From the NCBI GenBank assembly GCA_964577615.1, contig CAZNZW010000002.1, forward strand, positions 24,333 through 88,332: DNA of 64,000 bases. Direction: 5' to 3'. Made by a program: the position numbers and the translations under genes. This DNA comes from an uncultured Desulfobacterales bacterium. Its GTDB lineage: Bacteria; Desulfobacterota; Desulfobacteria; Desulfobacterales; QNYZ01. Below the pieces are notes generated by a model. That model did no database searches and had not been told where the DNA came from. It saw only the letters and a list, made by a program, of their open reading frames with translations. Of this stretch, positions 58,713 to 64,000 are shown piece by piece. How positions within the stretch are numbered: the stretch's first letter is position 1; each line of letters begins with the position of its first letter.

Positions 58713-60140
58713 TCAACAAAGCTGTTTGCGTTTGCTCGATGGTAAAATATTAAGCAGTTCCCGGTATTTTGCAACTGTCCGTCTGGCAATATTGATGTTG
58801 TCATTTTCTAAGATTTCGCAGATTTTCTTGTCGCTGTATGGTTTTTTCGGGTTTTCCGATTCAATAATATGTTTGATTTTATCTTTGACGCTGGCCGAAG
58901 CAATCGCCTCGCCATGAAATCGATTGATGGGACTGTTGAAAAAATACTTCAACTCGAAAATGCCCTGGGGCGTGTATGCGTATTTGTTGGTTGTGACGCG
59001 GCTGATTGTTGATTCATGCATCTCAATATCTTCGGCCACATCCCGCAATACCATCGGTTTTAGGTGGCCGACGCCCTTTTCGAAAAAATCCCGCTGAAAA
59101 CGCAGAATGCTTTCCATGACCCGGTAAATGGTTTTTTTCCGCTGGTAAACGCTTCGGATGAGCCAGGTGGCCGAGCGAAGTTTTTCGCGGATATACTCTT
59201 TTTCCTTGCCTGATACCTGGTCGGCTCCCGTGAGACATCTGCGATAAAGCGCATTGATCCTCAATCGGGGCAGGCCGTTATCGTTGAGCAGGATGACGAA
59301 TTCGTCGTCGTATTTATAAACATGCACATCGGGCGTGATGTGTCGCGGCGGTTCATCTGAATATAGCCGCCCCGGTTTGGGTTCCAGCCCCTGGATGATC
59401 TTAACGGCCTGCAGTACCTGCTGGCGATCGGCGCCGAGCGCCCGGCAGATGGCGGTGATGTTCCGGTTTTCGAGATTTGTCAGGTGGTGCGAAATAATAT
59501 CTTCCACCAGGCTGTTTTCCAGCCCCAGGTGTCTGGCCTGGATCAGAAGCGATTCCGGCAGATTGCGGGCGCATATGCCCAGTGGATCGAACCGCTGCAT
59601 TAAGCCGAGCACCTGCTCGACGGTTTCCGGTGACGTGGTGACCAGCCCGGCAATTTCATCCACGGAGACATCCAGATACCCATCGGCAGTCAGGTTTCCC
59701 ACAATCAGACTGCCGATTTCTTTTTCCAGGTCACTGGGGCCGGTCATCATCAGCTGCCAGAGCAGGTGGTCCTGCAGGGATTGTTTTTTAACCAGAAAAC
59801 GGTCAAATTCAGTATGCTCCCGCCGCTCGATTTCATAACTGGTCCGGCCGGGGGTGTTGTATTCATCGATAAAATTACGCCAGTCGACGTCGTCGGGGAT
59901 ATTGCCGTCAAACTCGACTTCATCCGGGCCTTTTGTTTCAGCGGTCTCGGATTCTTTCTTAACCGGTTGTATTTCTTCCTCAACAGCTTCTTCGAGTACC
60001 GGATTCTCCTGCAGTTCCTGCTGAATTGTTTCCATCAGCTCCAGGCGGGATAACTGCAGAAGTTTAATCGCCATCTGAAGCTGGGGCGTCATCACCAGCT
60101 GCTGGGTCAGTTTGAGTTGTTGTCTGAGTTCAAGAGCCAT
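58713..60140 (-). CDS. rpoN: RNA polymerase sigma-54 factor
   Basis: 475 aa. Region I is 'LKLTQQLVMTPQLQMAIKLLQLSRLEL', followed by an acidic region II. The RpoN box is 'ARRTVAKYR'. Confidence 0.95.
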   Translation of the reverse strand: MALELRQQLKLTQQLVMTPQLQMAIKLLQLSRLELMETIQQELQENPVLEEAVEEEIQPVKKESETAETKGPDEVEFDGNIPDDVDWRNFIDEYNTPGRTSYEIERREHTEFDRFLVKKQSLQDHLLWQLMMTGPSDLEKEIGSLIVGNLTADGYLDVSVDEIAGLVTTSPETVEQVLGLMQRFDPLGICARNLPESLLIQARHLGLENSLVEDIISHHLTNLENRNITAICRALGADRQQVLQAVKIIQGLEPKPGRLYSDEPPRHITPDVHVYKYDDEFVILLNDNGLPRLRINALYRRCLTGADQVSGKEKEYIREKLRSATWLIRSVYQRKKTIYRVMESILRFQRDFFEKGVGHLKPMVLRDVAEDIEMHESTISRVTTNKYAYTPQGIFELKYFFNSPINRFHGEAIASASVKDKIKHIIESENPKKPYSDKKICEILENDNINIARRTVAKYRELLNILPSSKRKQLC

Positions 60141-60141
60141 T

Positions 60142-60867
60142 TTATGATAACCGAAATTCGTCCCCTAAATAGATACGTCTGGCGGTTTCGCTGGCGGCGA
60201 TCTTTTCCGGAGATCCGGATTCGATGACTTTTCCATCACTTAAGATGTAAGCCTTGTCGCAAACCGTCAAGGTTTCCCTGACGTTGTGGTCTGATATCAG
60301 GGTACCGATGCCACGATCTTTCAAATGTCCGATGATTTTTTTAATGTCGATGACAGCCAGCGGATCAATCCCGGCAAAGGGCTCATCCAGCAGCATGAAG
60401 GCCGGATTCGTGACCAGGGCCCGTGAAATTTCCAGCCGGCGTTTTTCACCGCCGGACAGCACGGCGGCTTTCTGGCTTCCCAGATGTTTGATACCCAGCT
60501 CTTCAAGCAGCTGATCGGCTCTCTTTTTCTGATCGGCACCGGACAGCGGCATGGTTTCAAGAATGGCCAGCAGGTTCTGGCGGACAGTGAGTTTTCGAAA
60601 AATGGATGTTTCCTGGGGCAGATAGCCGACCCCTTTGCGGGCCCGCTGGTACATGGGGTTATCGGTTATATCCACGTCATCGAAAAAAACCTGGCCGCTA
60701 TCGGGCCGAATCATGCCGATGCTCATGTAGAACGTTGTTGTTTTCCCGGCGCCGTTGGGCCCCAGAAGGCCCACAACACGTCCGCTCTCTATATCCATGT
60801 TGACGGAATCGACCACGCGGCGTCCGCCATAGGTTTTCTGAAGGTTTTTTAATGCGAGCCGGTGCAC
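60142..60867 (-). CDS. lptB: LPS export ABC transporter ATP-binding protein LptB
   Basis: 241 aa with 'GPNGAGKTT', 'LSGGEKRRLEISRAL' and 'LLDEPFAGIDP'. It lies between lptA and rpoN. Confidence 0.9.
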   Translation of the reverse strand: MHRLALKNLQKTYGGRRVVDSVNMDIESGRVVGLLGPNGAGKTTTFYMSIGMIRPDSGQVFFDDVDITDNPMYQRARKGVGYLPQETSIFRKLTVRQNLLAILETMPLSGADQKKRADQLLEELGIKHLGSQKAAVLSGGEKRRLEISRALVTNPAFMLLDEPFAGIDPLAVIDIKKIIGHLKDRGIGTLISDHNVRETLTVCDKAYILSDGKVIESGSPEKIAASETARRIYLGDEFRLS

Positions 60868-60910
60868 CGTTGTCTATCCTAATGTTGTCATGTGAACGTT
60901 TTTTGGAAAA

Positions 60911-61489
60911 CTACTGTTTCTTAAGCCCTTTGTCCGGATAAATGATGGCTTCCACCTGCTCTCCCTCGTTGCGCTCCACGTGAATCTGGCCATCCGTCCA
61001 CATGACGATTTTATTCCCGGTAATAAAAGTATTGCCGCTGGATACCTTGGCCGGGGTGCCGGTGAGAATGATTTTTTTATCCACCAGCCTGTATTCGGCC
61101 CGTTTGGCAAAGGCAACGCGGTTATCCATCCGGATCTTGACGCTTTCCATCGCAATAATCCGTTCAATGGAATTGTCGCCCGGACTCGATTGTCCCTCAA
61201 CCAGCGAGCCTTTTTTAAAAAAGAGTTTCAAGCGTTGACAGGTAATCACCGTATCTCCCTGAACCGCCCGGACATGTCCCTTGAACTCGGCGGTGTTTTT
61301 CGTGCTGTTGGCTACCAGTGTATCCGATTTGATCTGTATTTTATCCTTTTCGGAATGGATGTTCGAATACAACGGATTTTCATCTGCCCCGGCGGCCTGA
61401 ATCCAAAAGCCGCCGCTGATTAAACCGGCTGTTGCCAGGATCACGACAAGCAGCCCCCCTAAACTAGAATAATAATTTTTTGTCTCCAC
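60911..61489 (-). CDS. lptA: LPS transport periplasmic protein LptA (OstA-like)
   Basis: 192 aa with a signal-like N-terminus and an OstA_N beta-jellyroll pattern ('IKSDTLVANSTKNTAEFKGHVRAVQGDTVITCQRL'). Gene order supports the call. Confidence 0.75.
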   Translation of the reverse strand: METKNYYSSLGGLLVVILATAGLISGGFWIQAAGADENPLYSNIHSEKDKIQIKSDTLVANSTKNTAEFKGHVRAVQGDTVITCQRLKLFFKKGSLVEGQSSPGDNSIERIIAMESVKIRMDNRVAFAKRAEYRLVDKKIILTGTPAKVSSGNTFITGNKIVMWTDGQIHVERNEGEQVEAIIYPDKGLKKQ

Positions 61490-62063
61490 TGAAGATACCC
61501 ATGACGTTGCCCTTAAAAAGGGACTGGTTTTTGGTTAAATTGTAAATCATGGAGTCGGCCATCAAAGTCGATGATCTGTCTGTAATAGCCAGCGGCGTCG
61601 GTGATGTCAACGTACGGCTCCGGTCCTCGTATCTTAATGCGTCGGTAATCATTTTATAATTCTTGTTAATTATAACGACATTTCCAGATACCTCAATATC
61701 TTTTGTGTCGGTCTGGATCGTTCCCCGGTCGGCCGTCAGCTTGACTTCGCCGCCATCTTTTAAAAAAAATATGACGGAAACATCTTTCAGCCGGGCCATT
61801 TTTTTATTTTTGACCATTTCCGCCGACGCGGCTTCCAGTTTCCATTCCGTTCGACCTTCGCGGGTGGACACCTGGTACAATCGATTCATGGATGTCTCCG
61901 AATCCGGCGTATTTTGATGCGGGGCCGGCGGTGGTGGAGGCGGTGGCTGGCGATGGCGCATCAACAGCGCCGTCATCGCCAGAATACCAACAATCATCCC
62001 GACGGAAACAAACAGAATAATGGTTCGACTCTTCAGTTTCATAGGATATGTTTTCGATTTCAA
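61464..62063 (-). CDS. lptC: LPS export system protein LptC
   Basis: 199 aa with the N-terminal TM anchor 'IILFVSVGMIVGILAMTALLM', a poly-Pro spacer and an LptC-like beta domain. Its position between kdsC and lptA supports the call. Confidence 0.7.
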   Translation of the reverse strand: MKSKTYPMKLKSRTIILFVSVGMIVGILAMTALLMRHRQPPPPPPPAPHQNTPDSETSMNRLYQVSTREGRTEWKLEAASAEMVKNKKMARLKDVSVIFFLKDGGEVKLTADRGTIQTDTKDIEVSGNVVIINKNYKMITDALRYEDRSRTLTSPTPLAITDRSSTLMADSMIYNLTKNQSLFKGNVMGIFSGDKKLLF

Positions 62064-62105
62064 ACGCTCCCGTTAAAATTTGAAATGGCCGGGCAGCCGA
62101 TCTCT

Positions 62106-62657
62106 TCAGTCAATAAACCGACGGTGCTTTATCTGGCCAATCATCGGTTCCCACAGATGCCGGGCTTTTAAAATCGCGTCACAAACTTCACGAACCGCGC
62201 CCCGGCCTCCGTTCAGGCGGGTAACCGCGCCGGCCGCCTGCCGGACGTCTTCGTGGGCATCCGCAACGGCGATGGGCAGGGCGACCCGGGCCATCAGGGA
62301 CAGGTCAGGCAGATCATCGCCGATGAAGGCCATGTCGCTGGCGGCGATTCCCGTTTCAGCCACCAGGGCGTCTAAAATATCCGCTTTATGCCGCAGCCCG
62401 TCATAAACCAGCCGGATCCCTAAATTTTCACATCGATGCCGCAGCGCATCGCCCATGCGGCCGGTGGCGATGCATATCTTTATATCGGCCATCTGCAGCA
62501 ACTTCAGGCCAAATCCGTCTTTGACATTAAAAACTTTTGTTTCACTGCCATCGTCGTGGTAAATAATACTCCCGTCGGTTAAAACCCCATCCACATCGAG
62601 AATGAGCAGGCGAATTCGTTTTAATGCCGCTTCGGCACCGGCGGTGAGAAAATTCAT
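62106..62657 (-). CDS. kdsC: 3-deoxy-D-manno-octulosonate 8-phosphate phosphatase
   Basis: 183 aa with HAD motifs 'LLILDVDGVLTDG' and 'AFIGDDLPD'. It lies adjacent to kdsA. Confidence 0.85.
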   Translation of the reverse strand: MNFLTAGAEAALKRIRLLILDVDGVLTDGSIIYHDDGSETKVFNVKDGFGLKLLQMADIKICIATGRMGDALRHRCENLGIRLVYDGLRHKADILDALVAETGIAASDMAFIGDDLPDLSLMARVALPIAVADAHEDVRQAAGAVTRLNGGRGAVREVCDAILKARHLWEPMIGQIKHRRFID

Positions 62658-63484
62658 CCGGGCTGCCCGATTGCCCGCCGGATGGCCACCAGCTCTTTTA
62701 AAAGCGGTTCCAGGGCGGTGAGCGGCAATGAATTCGGGCCGTCGCAGAGGGCCTGATCCGGATCGGGGTGTACTTCCATGAAAATGCCGTCCGCCCCTGC
62801 CGCAACGGCGGCCCGGGCCAGCAGCGGGGCGTATTCGCGCTGACCGCCGGAGCGGTCGCCGCTTCCTCCGGGGAGCTGGACGCTGTGGGTGGCATCAAAA
62901 ATAACGGGAACGCCCGTATCCCGAATGATCTGAATTCCCCGAAAATCAACAACCAGATTGTTATATCCGAAACTGGATCCGCGTTCTGTCACCGTCACCT
63001 GCCGGTTGCCGGTGGAATAAATTTTTTCTGTAATATTAGCGACATCCCAGGGGGATAGAAACTGGCCCTTTTTAATATTCAGCGGCTTTTTCATTCGGGC
63101 CGCGGCCAGAAGGAAGTCCGTCTGACGACATAAGAAAGCGGGTACCTGGATAATATCAAGTACTTCGGCCGCAACGGCGGCCTGCTCGGCAACGTGAATA
63201 TCCGAAATGACCGGGACGCCCAGCCGATGTTTGACTTCGGATAGAATTTCCAGCCCTTTTTCCATGCCGGGGCCGCGGAAAGAGTGGATGGACGTCCGGT
63301 TGGCCTTGTCAAAGGATGCCTTGAATATAAAGGGGATGTCGAGTTTCCGGGTCAGATCGCGCAGGAACCGGGCTGTTTGAAAGGTAATGTCGGCATTTTC
63401 AATGACACAGGGGCCCATGATAAACACCAGTGGATGGCCCTGGCCGATGGCAATGGTATCAATATAAATCGGGTGAAAGGTCAT
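62654..63484 (-). CDS. kdsA: 2-dehydro-3-deoxyphosphooctonate aldolase (KDO-8-phosphate synthase)
   Basis: The start is taken at MTFHPIYIDT (ATG 63484); the track ORF extends 85 codons further upstream. Motifs are 'GPCVIEN', 'FKASFDKANRTS', 'PAFLCRQTD' and 'DATHSVQLPGG'. Confidence 0.9.
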   Translation of the reverse strand: MTFHPIYIDTIAIGQGHPLVFIMGPCVIENADITFQTARFLRDLTRKLDIPFIFKASFDKANRTSIHSFRGPGMEKGLEILSEVKHRLGVPVISDIHVAEQAAVAAEVLDIIQVPAFLCRQTDFLLAAARMKKPLNIKKGQFLSPWDVANITEKIYSTGNRQVTVTERGSSFGYNNLVVDFRGIQIIRDTGVPVIFDATHSVQLPGGSGDRSGGQREYAPLLARAAVAAGADGIFMEVHPDPDQALCDGPNSLPLTALEPLLKELVAIRRAIGQPG

Positions 63485-63711
63485 TTTTTCTCTTTCGGTA
63501 CAGTTTTTGCAATGTCTGAAGACAAATTTATATGGTCTCATCTGAAATGTCAAGCTGTGAAAATATCGAAAGACCCCTTGATTACGGGGAGGATACTTGT
63601 TATCTGCTTGTTTTACGGGCGATTGAGGCTGCCCGAATGGAAAGATATTCGCGACCATCTCAACCGGTGGTCTGATGATGACCTTGTTTCGGTCAGATCC
63701 AATATGTATAA

Positions 63712-64000
63712 ATGAGGATATCCGTGTACGCTTATTCACAAAAAAAGAGCTATAAAAAGCGGTTGTTGGCTTTTTTAGCCGTTCTGTTTCTGCTCCCGAT
63801 TCTTTTTATGCTGGTGACGCGTCTGGAGGGAGAAAAGCCGGCCGTGACCCTGAACCTCACTTCACCGTATCTGGGAATCTTAAAAGAGTTGAAAGTTAAG
63901 ATCAGCGATCAAAAAAGCGGCGTGCGAAACGTCCGTATTGCGCTCAGCGAAAATGGCAGGGAAATTGATCTGCTTGAAGAGCATTTTAACCAGGGCGGGC
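63712..64000 (+). CDS. Membrane-anchored hypothetical protein, 5' fragment (runs off the window; possibly the N-terminal region of an M23-type peptidase)
   Basis: The frame is open from ATG 63712 (or GTG 63724, which has SD GAGGA) to the window end. The translation is (MRIS)VYAYSQKKSYKKRLLAFLAVLFLLPILFMLVTRLEGEKPAVTLNL...KISDQKSGVRNVRIALSENGREI, with one TM anchor. The family assignment is a guess. Confidence 0.4.
   Translation, partial: MRISVYAYSQKKSYKKRLLAFLAVLFLLPILFMLVTRLEGEKPAVTLNLTSPYLGILKELKVKISDQKSGVRNVRIALSENGREIDLLEEHFNQGG

Noticed and set aside
63526-63553. TTGACA-N15-TATAAAT on the minus strand upstream of kdsA.
   Set aside because: Both hexamers are good, but the 15-nt spacer is shorter than functional sigma-70 promoters usually tolerate. 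It is not listed as a feature.
1-64000. Search for mobile elements, prophage remnants, toxin-antitoxin pairs, CRISPR-Cas, restriction-modification or other known defence modules, and rRNA, tmRNA, RNase P or SRP RNAs.
   Set aside because: I recognised no transposase, integrase, recombinase, nuclease, helicase, methyltransferase or reverse-transcriptase motif in any frame. I saw no terminal inverted repeats flanking a block and no conserved ncRNA signatures. The two tRNAs are not followed by integrase genes or direct repeats of their 3' ends.

Overview
GC-rich, gene-dense chromosomal window with about 58 protein-coding genes and 2 tRNAs. I recognised no rRNA, CRISPR array, transposase, integrase, phage gene or known defence gene. 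The gene content suggests a Gram-negative anaerobe of the Desulfobacterota type: an LPS/sigma-54 locus (kdsA-kdsC-lptCAB-rpoN-hpf-ptsN-rapZ), B12/radical-SAM enzymes, exported FGE-fold proteins and LPS-core genes. That taxonomy is inference only. Housekeeping blocks: livF fragment/acyl-CoA synthetase/YbaK (1-2.7 kb), cbpA-mnmG (35.4-38.4 kb), pheA/AEC/tRNA-Leu/secG/tpiA/gap (51.5-56.1 kb) and the rpoN-lpt-kds locus (56.2-63.5 kb). Accessory-looking blocks worth a second look: (1) 3.5-23.5 kb. A 250-bp control region sends 3 genes leftwards (GNAT fusion, RimK-type ATP-grasp, QueC-like PP-loop ATPase). It sends 12 closely spaced genes rightwards: B12-radical SAM, exported FGE-fold protein, TLC/MFS-HEAT-cNMP giant, GshB-type ATP-grasp, 5-gene peptide ABC importer, class III cyclase, stand-alone class II amidotransferase and a possible LCIB-like protein. 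This is my best candidate for an undescribed amide/peptide-metabolite system under cyclic-nucleotide control. (2) Two near-consensus sigma-54 promoters. One drives two tiny proteins (2.7-3.3 kb). The other drives a 981-aa zinc-ribbon/DUF3426 protein with a ~750-aa polyacidic repeat region (32.0-35.0 kb). (3) A receiver-fused PPDK_N (ATP-grasp) protein translationally coupled to LicD, two TagF-like transferases and a GT2. A convergent cytidylyltransferase sits next to it, and the block lies beside LPS-core genes (39.6-51.5 kb). (4) An acetoin/pyruvate-dehydrogenase-like E1-alpha/E1-beta/E2 operon with a GntR regulator, an SDR and an AhpD-like CxxC protein, but no E3 (26.2-31.8 kb). All functional calls come from reading motifs in the translations. 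No database search was run.
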